A stretch of 60,723 nucleotides of DNA, counting the filler, from Sphacelaria rigidula (lineage: Eukaryota), in NCBI GenBank assembly GCA_964200075.2. It is 10 parts of 10 records of this genome, joined end to end, with 100 filler letters (N's around TTAATTAATTAA, not from the genome) between each part and the next. Parts side by side here need not be neighbours in the genome. Positions count along the whole stretch, not along the records: positions 6,084 to 12,066 come from CAXNAA020023019.1; positions 12,167 to 18,149 come from CAXNAA020023020.1; positions 18,250 to 24,231 come from CAXNAA020023021.1; 7 more parts are not named here. One strand, given 5' to 3'. Under the pieces are notes generated by a model. That model did not search any database. It saw only the letters and a program-made list of their open reading frames with translations, and was not told where the DNA came from. Below, one piece after another: positions 11,387 through 22,830 of this stretch. Made by a program: the position numbers and the translations under genes. Numbering within the stretch: the stretch's first letter is position 1; each line of letters starts with the position of its first letter.

Positions 11387-11972
11387 AGTTTAGCCCTCGG
11401 TTAGGGGCGGGGACGACGTTCGGAGGGGGCGGGGGTGTTCTCATCTGTTGCTTGCCTTCGTCGTTCGACCATTGACCACGCATCCCTGCCGAGACGGAGC
11501 AGGGCGATGGGGGAAGAATAAACTTGATTCGTACGTAGTTTTAGCCTATGCAGTAGGGTCTGCGTTGGATGTTGGACACTCAGTCGAGATAAGGCAGGGA
11601 GGGGTTAATATGAGATATTGAACGTTGAAAATGTAGTCGTTCAAACAGTAGGATCTCTTTCCCGCCTCCAGTCTAGTCCAGTCCGTCGGGGGAAAACGTA
11701 AGAACGAGGTGGCGATAAAACTCGATGGCAGTCGGTGGGCTGCTGGGGGGAACTAATAGTCATGATCCAACGCTCGATATCACGGTGCGAGATAAGTGCA
11801 GGGGAGGAGATGCGCTGGTCGTTTGGTACTAGCAGCTCGTCCCGAAGAAAGGGTGGTCTCAAACGTATAAAAAAGCAAAAGTGTTCCCGACGCTTTCTAC
11901 GATACCCCCCCTCCCCCCCCCCGCCCCAAAGATGGTGAGACACCCATGAGGCAGTGTATAAGCCATGGCTGT

Positions 11973-12066
11973 CTCTGGAAGTGGCGATACCAGACAATAA
12001 AGCAACTCATTGTAGGTTGTCATCCAAATGCAAGATAATCAGTAGGCTTCGGGCCGAACAATCTTA
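11973..12066 (+). repeat. Dispersed repeat at contig end (also 24136-24231)
   Basis: CTCTGGAAGTGGCGATACC...CTCATTGTAGG...CATCCAAATGCAAGATAA.CAGTAGGCTTCGGGCCG ends two different contigs at the same point. Confidence 0.9.
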
Positions 12067-13184
12067 NNNNNNNNNNNNNNNNNNNNNNNNNNNNNNNNNN
12101 NNNNNNNNNNTTAATTAATTAANNNNNNNNNNNNNNNNNNNNNNNNNNNNNNNNNNNNNNNNNNNNTTTTAGACGAATCATTTTTTGTCCGACCCTTGTA
12201 ACCTTTTCATGAAATTGGGCATTTTTTTGGGAAAAAACGTGACTACACGATAGGAATGGGCATCAGGTATCGTGTATTGTCTTCCCCTTGTCCAAAAACC
12301 AAAAACTAAACAAGTAACCCTTCCCTTGAAATATAGATATCCTACATTAATATTATTTGACCCGTTTTGCTCATCATATTTGAATGTAGCAGATTCAGGT
12401 GTGGTACATTGATGACGAATGCCGAGACAGCCCCTCCGCAAAGAGTTCACCGGAGACCGTTCGACAAACCGGCTGCGATCCCACAATTGGGCTCGTTCGC
12501 AGCGATTTCGCCCACACGGGAGGCGTGTTCCAGTCCGAAATCAGCTATAACGCCCAAATGAGTCGTGTTGTGCAGCACGAAATCAGATCTAACGGCATTT
12601 ATGATCATCGTCTCCGTGCACTTTTTTGGCCGGTTCGGGGCAGGGGCTATCTCGGCAGCAGTCTGATAAAGAGTATTATGTGAGGCTGATTTTGGAGCCT
12701 GATGCGCATCCCCGTAGCAGTTCCTGGCGGATGGGTGGGCATTTGTGAAGGTTTGCCGTCGGTAAAGAAACAACAAGCTGTTGCTCGATTTCCGTTCTAA
12801 CTGTAGGGGTTCACCCATACCAACTTTGATGGGGAAGTAGGTAGTCATCGGTGACTAAATTGCTTTCAGTATGGATCCCGTGTAACCCATATATATATAT
12901 ATATATATGTTTCTTGGGTACGACTATCATGAGACCACGCCTGGACCCCTGCGGGGTCAGTTCAACTGCGACAATCAATCAATCAATCAATCAAATCAAT
13001 CAAATCAATCAACCTCTGGAACCCCCCCTCCCTTCCTCCTCTCTCTTTTCAAGACATTTTTTCGAGGGATTTGTCCATCAGAAGAATTGTACCGAAATGA
13101 ACTGTGACGTTTCGTCTCGGGTCAACCCAATGTGACGGTTACAACTGGCAGTGTTTTCGTGCGATCGAGAGTCTAGGATACGGC

Positions 13185-13455
13185 TGAGAATGAGAAATGA
13201 TAAGCATTCATCGAATAAATGAAATAGTTTCAGTTCCGAAATACCCATCCGGGTCTTATACGAGGCCCGATACGCCTCCTGTCGTGGCTTGCCTCTGAAG
13301 TCTTTGATATCCCCGAGTAGGACATCGACGTGTAGCCGTCTAGAAGTACACGCTGGTGATAGGGCAAACACACACACACACACAAACTGAAACATTGGTC
13401 AAGTTAGAGCGAATAATGAAACTCGCTCTCAATCAACGCTAGACTCTCAATCTCA
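13185..13455 (+). mobile_element. MITE-like dispersed repeat, family A (copy 2)
   Basis: Colinear with 1445-1675; ends ACTCTCAATCTC. Confidence 0.75.
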
Positions 13456-14658
13456 AGAAAACATTGTTGACTACGGTTGCGCGGCGGCAGGTTTTCCTAC
13501 CGATGCCAGATCGTGAAATAGTCAACAAGCACACGACTTTGAGCTCGATCGATGTCGGTTTTGCGCTCTTTGAATGAATAATAATGGTTCCCGTGAGGGT
13601 TCGTCACACTGGGAAAGAGGCAAGCCCCATCCTCCGCTATCCCCCTTCCCCCCCGCCAATAGGTCAATGGTCTTATGACTATGGCATGCATGATCATGAG
13701 TACGCCCCGCCCCGCCCCCACTCATCCCCGAGTTGCGACGAAAAATGTATAGATCATGTACAAACAAGCCATGTTGTAGTTGAGCAAGGCACGTCCCGCA
13801 CTATACCTGAGGTATTAACACGGTCGTTGTACCATGCATCAAGCCACCAATTGAGGTGATGGCACTTGCTGGGTACTAAATTATTCGGCGCTTGAGGCTG
13901 TTGTCACCCTACGATGCAGCGGTTGGAATTTCAGTGTTCTTGTTTTACTACCGATGTCTTGTGCCACGCAATATTTATTCTCTCGTGTGAACGGATGCGC
14001 TGTAGTCAAGCAACTATCTAACCCTATACTAGGTTGAAAAAAAAAAAGAGAAGCTAGAACTGAGAACGGATATTTCTTGCAGCCATTTTGGTTCATGAAC
14101 AATTGGTCATTTGCGAGTGGTTACTGCAGTCATACCATTCCCTCAGTCTCCCTCGTGCATCGTTGCTGTCAAGGCAGCACAAGGTCTCGATTCTTCGGAC
14201 GCCTAAGTAGGCGTTCCGCGATAGCCCCCCTCGCAAACCGGCCCCAAAACTGTCACGAAGGAAATGGTGATGCAGCGCATGATCGCCGGTTTCAGGCTGC
14301 AGAGAGCCTTGAACATAGGCGACATGTGCGAAAAAGATGCCAAGCGTTGAAGGCATCAGATTCTCGGTGTGGTCTCCTTTTGTCATTCTGATTCGCGTGC
14401 AGATTTTGCCTACTCAAACCAACTACTTTTCTCAGGGAGTTTATCGCGGAGTCACTCTGCTACTAGCGGTGGTTATATTCGCACTCAGTATCACAATTCA
14501 CCTGCGAGACGATGGTCAGACGCAGGTGTCCACTATCGGGTGCTCGACGGTTATGTAAAAAATATGGTTCAATCTGTGAACAAGAGTCGGTACCCCACCT
14601 CCTTCCGCCCCTTCCCTCACGCCTGCGTACCGTTCTGGGCTGGTTGTTCGCTCTTCAG

Positions 14659-14787
14659 ATTGTGGTTGTTGATCAAGTGCGAGCGCGAAGAGCGCACATT
14701 TGCAAGCCGGTGGACGGGTGGGCCAGCCTGTCAACGGAGAGTGGGTACGTCATTATGGAGGCTATAGCAAGACCGACCAAGTACAAG
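14659..14787 (+). CDS. Internal exon (43 aa), SH3-like beta-barrel fragment of unknown protein
   Basis: Acceptor ttcgctcttcag and donor GTGAGG; 129 bp, phase 0/0; IVVVDQVRARRAHICKPVDGWASLSTESGYVIMEAIARPTKYK. The GW motif between beta-like segments recalls SH3b-type domains (inference). Confidence 0.65.
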
Positions 14788-15689
14788 GTGAGGGTTTTTC
14801 TTTCGTGGAAGTCCGCGCGCGCCATACTGCCGTGCGGGGACATGGTGTTTCTGTGGTGGAGAGCTGCGGTTTCTGTGTGGTCACGTTATATTTTGTCTTG
14901 TCGAAAAATGAGTTCCTACGGTGAACATAAAAAGTGAAGAAAAATGTTGTTTTTTTTGTGTCGTGGGGACTACCTCTCCTGAGGGCAAGCATCTTCGTGC
15001 AAATTGGTACGTGCTCGATTTCAACACTCCAATGGAATCCCCCGCTCGGCCCGCCACAGGGAACCCCGGGAAACCAGTGAAACCGAGCGCTGATCAGTGC
15101 ACATACATACACACACAGACACACACATACGACCCCAGGCTTGTGTTATCGAGACCGCATAAGTGATATATTTCGTCTTTGACCAATCGAGCGGCGGGAG
15201 AAGTAAAACGAACATGAAGCTCTTCCGAGATTGTGGTACAGTCCAGTCCACAAGGACCGCAGACATGAAATATTGTTCATTTCACACGACATTTATTGGG
15301 GATCTGGTGGACGAATTTTCACGCCCGTGATACTTGAGCGAGGTTCAGGCGTCGCTCGCGTTCGTGCAATTTAATCATCGGTTGGAGTCCATGGTGTATT
15401 ATTGGTGGTCCCCGGTCGTCATGTGAGTAAACTTTGATTCCTCACCTCTCCAAAAGCGCCGTTGGAATCTGCTGAATGTGAAGTTGTTTCGAAAACATGG
15501 GTCATGAAATGACAGAGGACCCTTCGAAAACCGGTGAAACCGCAGTAATTACACGAACACAGGGTGTTCGGGGGGAATACGGGAAATACGTACCCTGCCA
15601 AACATGTGGAGAAGGGCATTGATACCGCGTCCTTCCCACGCCAAGATCGTTAATCGTGTGTGTGTATGTGTGTGTGTTTGCTGATGACT

Positions 15690-16048
15690 GGATTTTTCAT
15701 TTTTGAGGCATTTGATGCAGTTTTTCGCCCCGAAACAGGGAATGTCGCCATGACATGTCTCGGACACTTTTTAACCTCACAGAGAGAGGTCTAGCCCACT
15801 TTTGCGCTTCGATTGACTCCGAGCTTTCGAAAATGGCGCCTGGATAGCAATGCAGCTTGACATGCAAATGTGAGTACGAGTTCGATGTGGAAATATCGAA
15901 AAGTCACTATAGAAACCTGCAGACACCGTCTTTTTTATGTATCCAGTTGGATGTTTATTCAGAGGCCATTCTCAAAACCTCGGAGCCAAGCGGATCGGAA
16001 AAGTGGGCTAGACTTCTCTCGGTGGTGTGCTGCAAAGTTTTCAAGGTA
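15690..16048. mobile_element. Degenerate fold-back element; arm shared with 36646-36795
   Basis: 15770-15845 is the inverse of 15960-16045 (AAAAGTGGGCTAGAC, CTCGGAG). The reverse complement of 15690-15840 matches 36646-36795. Confidence 0.7.
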
Positions 16049-16304
16049 TAGGATTGCGATATATATTCTATGTTTGCAGGCCAAATAAGTGGATCAAATG
16101 CCGACTGCGTGCGATTGGACAGGGCACCAACAAAGCCATCACAGCAATGATTACGGTCCAGAGAAGGGAGGGCGGGAGGGTGAACTCCCCCGATGAGGGG
16201 TGTCGTTATCTCATGCGGTGCTTGTCTTGATATGTCTGGTATGCTTGCTCGTATGGCTGTCCCGAGGGAGGTTGAAGGATAGAACCTTGCGATTCTTAGT
16301 TCAT

Positions 16305-16693
16305 CGGTTGGTGGTCTTCGGGCCGTGAGTTTGGCCCGCAGTCTGGCCCCATGTCCATTTCTGCTTGGCCCCGCGCGTCGAGTTGGAAAGTCGGGCGCCG
16401 CCTCCTCGAGTCCGAATGGCCACCTGCGGCACCGGATTTTCTAAGGTTTGCCATATATTTTTTTATCTTTCTTGTCTACTATTTATGCCCATTTTGCTTG
16501 TATCGCGTCTGTTTTTTTTTTTTTCTTTCTGGGTCTATCTTTATTTCTTGTTTGATTTCCTCATACATTATTTTGGGTAGCTAGCCTGTGACCACGGAAG
16601 GCGTCCGCATCAGATGCCCAGTACGGATGTACCGCGCAGATATCGGAACGGTTTTATTGTGAAGACAACAACAACAACAACAACAACAACAAC
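16305..16693 (+). mobile_element. 3' end of non-LTR retrotransposon with (CAA)n tail
   Basis: Matches the reverse complement of 41305-41680 (GAGTTGGAAAG, TCCGAATGGCCACCTGCGG, GCGTCCGCATCAGATGCCCAGTACG.ATGTACCGC.CAGATATCGGAACGG) and ends in (CAA)n. Confidence 0.8.
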
Positions 16694-18251
16694 AGTGTCC
16701 CATAACCAAAAAATCCAGCCAAAAGAGAAGATGTAATCCTAAAGAAATGGTCGAATGATGTCAGTTGTACCATTAGGCCAACGGGGCGCGACGGCAGAGT
16801 GTTGAAACACTGTGTATACTACGATGCACGAACTTCGAAAAACAGCAAGAGTTGCCTCACAAGTCGCTGCTGTTTCATTTTGTTGCTGTTGCTGCTTCGT
16901 CCTGGCCATGGGTTTTTCGTGTGTACTGTACTGCCTGCTCCCCGCTGCTTCGTGTTCGTGTGATGGTTTTCGCAGGTTGTATTCCGAGAAGGAATTTTCA
17001 TCCGGAGCACCGCGAGTATCGAAGATGGGAGAATCGTCAAGATTGCGCCTTACGGAACGGTTCTTAATGCAACGGGGAAGGTGACTGTTGTACACAGGAG
17101 TACCCTCGTATTCAGAACTTCCTACTCCAAGTATATACAGTTGATGTAAGTGTATACCGCAAATAGTTGACGCCTGGCGGGTGCAGTGTAGCAAGATAAC
17201 TTTCCAGTATCATTCTGCCGGCAACGTATGTGTGTCTTGATTTTCAACTTGTTTTCTGTCAGCAGCTAGCGGTGGAGATATTGATGAGTCACGCGAGAGA
17301 AATTGGAACGGATGTTCGTGGCTTTCAAAAGATTTTTGACTGGAGCGTACTGTCTGTACATGCTGGTTCACGCCCATCACTCAAAATGATGACATCAGCA
17401 AAATTCCTTTCGCAATGCCTTCCCAAAAGTCGCATACATGGTGTCTCATTGACCGCAATGAACGAATGAAGATGGTGATACAGCAAGGTTTTTGGTAAGC
17501 ACGAGGATGGCGCTGAGGGCGAAATGTACCTCGACCAATCAGCGCCCTCCAAATTGTTCTGAAATGGTTCATACGAATTACCAACCCAATTTGTACCTAA
17601 TCTCTACATGCGTCAGATCGTAGCAACCGCCATCAGCTGGGGAATCTAACATGAAAAAAGCAGAGTTTAAAACGATTACTATGGAATCAAATTATACCCT
17701 ACACCATCGTTTTTCGGTGATGCGGGGTTTTGGCCTCGTCGGATTTCTACCGATGATCGGCGGCAGTAAAGACCCAGAACGCCTCCGGGCAGTTTCCCTT
17801 ACAGCTGTGTATCTAAGGTAAAAAAAGCTCCGGCCGCTCTCAAACTCGTCAGTCCGGCAGATTTGGGTGCTTCAATGGGAAAATCTGTTGTTGCAAGAAT
17901 ATATCATAGTTTGCTGTTTACCGGCTTCCGGGGGTCCCAGCGTGAAAAACCTCGGAGGTCGGCACAGGAAGCCTAAAAAATCAACACGTGTATAAATTTG
18001 TCTCGGAGTAGTCCAAGGAAGATATGCACAACGTTTGGTTCCGGAACTCGAAAACCTGATGCAGTTTTTATATCATTGACCCTTTTGGGACCGGGCCTCC
18101 AGAACGACCAATGAGGCTGGTCAGGAATGACGTGTCTGGCGTCTGCACGNNNNNNNNNNNNNNNNNNNNNNNNNNNNNNNNNNNNNNNNNNNNTTAATTA
18201 ATTAANNNNNNNNNNNNNNNNNNNNNNNNNNNNNNNNNNNNNNNNNNNNGC

Positions 18252-18456
18252 TGTAATGCGTGAGAGGACCGCGTGCTCAGAGGACCGCGCCGTAGTTCAA
18301 AACACCGCGGGATCGATGTTCTTCAAAACCAATCGGGCCAGTCCCTGCAGGTACCACACCCCTGACCATAACCCCGACACTAACCCTAACCCTAACCATA
18401 GGGATGTTCAAATTCCGATGCGGTCCTCGAAGCACGCGGTCCTCTCACGCATTACA
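18252..18456 (+). mobile_element. MITE with perfect 26-bp TIRs and internal telomere-like CCCTAA repeats
   Basis: TGTAATGCGTGAGAGGACCGCGTGCT ... AGCACGCGGTCCTCTCACGCATTACA, with internal TAACCCTAACCCTAACC. Confidence 0.85.
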
Positions 18457-18458
18457 CA

Positions 18459-18545
18459 GCTGCACCCTGGAAATCCAACTGATACAGGAGACTCCAGATA
18501 TGGAGGTCACGAGTTCGAATCCCAACATACCCCCTTCATTTATTC
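18459..18545 (+). mobile_element. tRNA-derived SINE-like head, family 2 (second copy ~31370-31457 -)
   Basis: GACTCCAGA (CCA in an anticodon-like loop), then GAGGTCACGAGTTCGAATCCC (B box/T-loop). The reverse-strand homologue reads GGCTCCAGTTATGGAGGTCACGAGTTCCAATCCCGACATAC. Confidence 0.6.
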
Positions 18546-18769
18546 CAGATCATGGTTCCGTCATTGAGGTCAACTATCATGCAGCTCATTTTTCTATCCT
18601 TCTCTTTTTTAGGGGCAGAGTTTGCATGGCCAGGTTGGTCTACGGTTCACAGCGATATGCTTCAATCGGGCAGATTCGGGAATTTCAAGTTGTTGTTGTG
18701 TGCTAAGGGCGGGTTCTACGTTTAACGACTGCCTCAGCTCGTACCTTCGCGGTCAAAGGGTCAGCGCAT

Positions 18770-18976
18770 TGTAATACGTGGGAGGACCGCGTGCGTATTG
18801 GATCGCGTAAGAGTACAGACACCCCTATGGTCAGGGTTGGGGATAGTGATAGGGTCAGGGTCGGGGGCGCGGTTCCTGCAGGGACTCGCCCGAGTGGTCT
18901 TGAAAAACAACGATCCTACTGGGTTGTTCAAATTTCGATGCGGTTCAAAAAGCACGCGGTCCTCCCACGCATTATA
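18770..18976 (-). mobile_element. Second, inverted copy of the telomere-motif MITE
   Basis: Same TIRs (TGTAATACGTGGGAGGACCGCGTGC ... GCACGCGGTCCTCCCACGCATTA); the interior is the reverse complement of 18252-18456. Confidence 0.85.
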
Positions 18977-18987
18977 CAAGATCACTT

Positions 18988-19021
<34 letters not shown>

Positions 19022-21010
19022 TACTGTACTGTAACGTGAATCGCTGGAATTCAATTCGGATCAAAGGTATTGCCACAGTCAGTTTGAGACGTTGCGGTGG
19101 CGTGCTCTGATCCCAATATCATTCGCAACGGTTCCGGACGTTGGTGTTGGGCAGTCTCCATTATGCATTTCCGCGCGGTGAAATTTTTGAGAGCAGCTCT
19201 GGGATTTTCGTGTGTGTGAAAAGGAGAGTATATTGTTCTCTGCGCCACTTCGTACAAGAAAAGATCCGCCTGAGAATAAGCCCCCTTCTGTCACTCCGCT
19301 TGTGGTCCTACTGGATCTAGTACTGCTCCAACACTTTGCCTCAAACTTCAGTTTGAACCGATATTTTTTCGAGATCAGGTGTGACATCCAAGCAGGGCTT
19401 GTAAAATATAAGTGATCATGGTTGTGTACTCCATTTTACAAGTCGAGTCAGCGGTGAGTTGTTACTGTACAGGCGAAGACCTGTTCCGAAGATCCGACAA
19501 ACAATGCATGGGCCGTTTCGCCCGTTGGATCCAAGCGTGTCCTCCTTTGCGACTGCTGTGCTGCCCTGGCTGTGAAGCGGTAATGAGCCCCAATGCAAAG
19601 TTCGAACATAACGGAATGCCAAGATTCTTCAGATTATTGTACTGCTGCCAATGACACTGCGCTGCAGTACCGCCGCCGATACCGACGACTCGGCCAAGAT
19701 CTTTCAGCAATTACGTCTGTACCATTTCACGATCTTGGAATGGATGGTGCTCAGGGAAAAGGTGATTCTCACGCACGCGCTCTTTGCCGTGGGTTGAGCA
19801 TCGTACATGATGAAGACGTTGCGCGTGAGGGCGAGCGAATCTTAAAGGGGGGAGGGTGAAGCGACTGTTACCGCTGAGAAAGATCTCTAAACACACAACG
19901 ACTGCTCGTGGGCACATACCCACAAAGTACCACCTACCCGAACACTTGCCGTTCAGTCACGTCACCAGAAAACAGTCGGGCGTGCCTTCAGACATCGTTA
20001 ACCACAAAACAAGACTGTATGGCGAAATTCCACCCAGATGGGTTTGACCCTATGCGCATGTTGAGACGCCAACACTCTTGAGATCCAAGATCCTGGCTCA
20101 TCGGAACGTGCTGATGAAACTTGCCCTGATAACGAAGTATTCGGGAGCATGTTGGATGAAGGGGTATGGCCAGAGCCACCGCAGTCGCTACCATCTTCAA
20201 GATACTGGTGGTATCGATCAAAACAGACGTCTCAACACCGTACAATTCAGTCATACCTCGCTTTTGGAGATACGCTTGGAGTGCTCGAAGACCGCAGCGG
20301 GGTGCGTCGAATGCCGGAACGCGAATGCACGAAGGCATGGGATCCCGAAGCACATACAAGAAGACCCATGGCCAGAGCCAAGCATTGTCGTAAGACATTC
20401 ATGTCAACAACGCACTTCAAAGTATTATTTCCGTCCTACTATCTGTTGTGCTGTACCTCGGGGTAACTAACGTCTGCATTGGATTGAAGTCATCAAATTG
20501 AATTAAATGATATAAAATCGTGGGTCATGCTCTGCGTCAAGAACAGTAAATTACCCCGCGCATGCCATCCTGGCCATCCTGCACATGTCTCCCTCTGTCT
20601 TTCACCCACGGCCGATTGACTTGGCTACCTGCTCATTGCAGAACTCTGTATCGTTTGTTGGGAGAGACCTGAGAGCTGATGGACATTTTGAGACAGCTCC
20701 CGACGGACGTGGAGCTGAGGCAGAGGTTGGAATGTTCTGTTGAGAAGCTCCGGTGAGAACTTTTTTTTGTTATTTAGAATTACAGGTTGCATGTGTTTGC
20801 TGAGCGTTCATGAAACCATCCCAAGAGCAGGGGTGGAGTAGGGGTAGTCGGGTCAAGTAAGCTGCTTCAAACAAGGGTGTTCATGGGCGAAATATATAAC
20901 AAAAAACGTCTGGCTTTTATTTTCGCGCAGTAAAAGCGCCAAGCCGTCAACATCCTGGTGAACATGTCGTGCTAAATGCATTGTATTACCTCGGGCATCA
21001 ATGTCGCGGC

Positions 21011-21316
21011 GCCCCGGTCGTGTAATTGTCCGACTGTCGCCCTTAGGGTGGAGAGAAGGAGGGTTCGATTCCCAATGCGTTGGCTTTTTTCGTCGTAGTA
21101 TCTGATTTCCGCCGCGGATAGGGTGATAACGTGTGAGTAAACGAAGTACTGTAGCTGACTGAGTTTGTTTGACGTGAATTGACGCGGTGTGGGAGTGATC
21201 ACCCAATCCGCGAGACCAAAATGCAAGACGTGTACTGGAGAGAAATGGGTTGATCACTTGAGACCACGGGCTCATACCGAGGAAGGGGAGGGGTTCAAAG
21301 TGCGACAAAAAAAAAA
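21011..21316 (+). mobile_element. tRNA-derived SINE, family 1 (full-length copy)
   Basis: GCCCCGGTCGTGTAATTG (A-box-like), GGTTCGATTCCC (B box), a conserved body (CCCAATCCGCGAGACCAAAAT ... TTGAGACCAC ... CCGAGGAAGGGGAGGGGTT) and an A-rich tail. Homologues lie on other contigs. Confidence 0.85.
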
Positions 21317-21833
21317 CATTTCGGCTGTCGGGTTACGTCGTGAACTACGGCCGTGTCTTAGCACATCAGTTTTTGATCGAAAAAGGGCGGGGGAAATTAA
21401 AAACCCCGATCTGATAGGCCGTGATATCAACCATCTTCAAAATTAACGACGACGGTGGAAATTACGAAGCATCAGATCGGGATTTTGGTTTTCCACCCCA
21501 CAATTCCGATAAAAGAAACTAGTATGCTAAGGCTACTTCCTATGTATCGAAAAACACGTATCAGAAAAGCCGTTTTCCAACAGCACATTTTTCAACATAA
21601 TTTTTTCGAGCAGGCCTTATTATGTGATGCAGCCGTTATCAAAATAGGAAAAGTAGACGGGTTTGTTTTGAGGAAGCGTGCAGGCTATGAATTTCAAATA
21701 TCGTGCGCGCTTTGGAGACCCAGCGCACAGTAGACACACCCTCCCTCTACACAACGCACGGTGGCCGCAGACAGTACAGCAACGCTACACGCGCACGATG
21801 AATCTTGATAACGTGATGTGCCTGCCGCTTCAG

Positions 21834-22116
21834 TACACGGCGTACGCACAGAGTAGCTTCAATCTGATCCTCGACAACGATGCGAGCAGCCAGAAACAAC
21901 TTGTGAAACAGATGCAGAACGTGTGTATCGCATATGCGTGCCTGGCGGTGAAGCGCAACGGCGGCATTCTAGGCACCGATGGCAAGCATAAAGCTGCCGC
22001 CCAGTCATACAAGGACATAGCCGTTCCAGGCTTCTTCCGGTGGGCACGAGACCACAAGATCGTGTTGCCGACATGGCTGACAGTGGAAAAAATGGGACAG
22101 GCTACCATGAAGGGAG
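21834..22116 (+). CDS. Putative exon (94 aa) of unknown protein
   Basis: Acceptor ccgcttcag and donor GTGAGA flank a stop-free, globular-looking translation YTAYAQSSFNLILDND...PGFFRWARDHKIVLPTWLTVEKM. No family recognised. Confidence 0.5.
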
Positions 22117-22204
22117 GTGAGAAGGGGCGGAAGTCCAGAAAGAGAGAGAGAGCATACAGAGGGTGGGGGGTAGTGCTGGGGGCGCAGACGGGGATCGTCT
22201 TGTC

Positions 22205-22830
22205 GCCGCCGCGCAGCGCACCCACAGCGCAGCGTACATGTTATAGTTCGAGATCCGCCGGCCGTGCAGTGTAATCACGCAGTTTGTGCCTGCCTGATGT
22301 TGATTCGCTGTTAAACTTTCGCTGCACACGTTGAAGCGCGATTTTGAATCTCCTGACAGAAGATAAATTCAAATCCAGAGCAGGTCGTGACAGTATAACA
22401 GTAGTGACGGTACAGCATCAGAGGTCGTCGCGCCGCCCACGCGCGGCACAGCATATACATCGCACTTGGAGAACCACCGGCCGTGCAGCGTTCTCGCAGA
22501 ATTTGTACCTGTCTTGTGCTTATTCGCTGTCGAACTGCTGCCGTTGTACATGTCGATTCGTGATTTTGGATTGCCTCTCAATAATTCAAATGCGAGAACA
22601 GAGCATGTACTGGCTGTGCAACAGCAGCGGCGGCAGCCGAGATCGCGGCGCAGCCAACCCGCCGCGCAGCATATGCCTCACAGTCTAAGATCGATCCGCT
22701 CTGCAGCGTTATCACAGAATTGGTGCCCGTCTAATGATCCTTCGCTGTTGAGGTGTTGCTGTACATGTCGTAGCACGACCCTGAGTCGCCTCTCAAGATT
22801 GCCATTTCAAAATATTGCAGATGGTGGTAG
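22205..22830 (+). repeat. Degenerate ~219-bp tandem repeat x3
   Basis: A TGCAG.GT..TC.C anchor occurs at 22265, 22484 and 22702, each followed by TTCGCTGT and TG.ACA.GT. Confidence 0.75.

Noticed and set aside
16850..17640. Endogenous giant-virus or transposase remnant (similar stop-riddled protein-like text at ~19400-20450, ~31600-32400, ~32870-33250, ~34050-34450, ~43700-45000, ~50460-50950)
   Set aside because: These look like decayed coding DNA, but I recognise no diagnostic motif; BLASTX/HHpred would be needed to assign them.
18360..18400. True telomere (also CCCTAA-like tracts at ~6468, ~8795, ~33800)
   Set aside because: Only 2-3 degenerate units, internal to contigs and mostly inside interspersed repeats.
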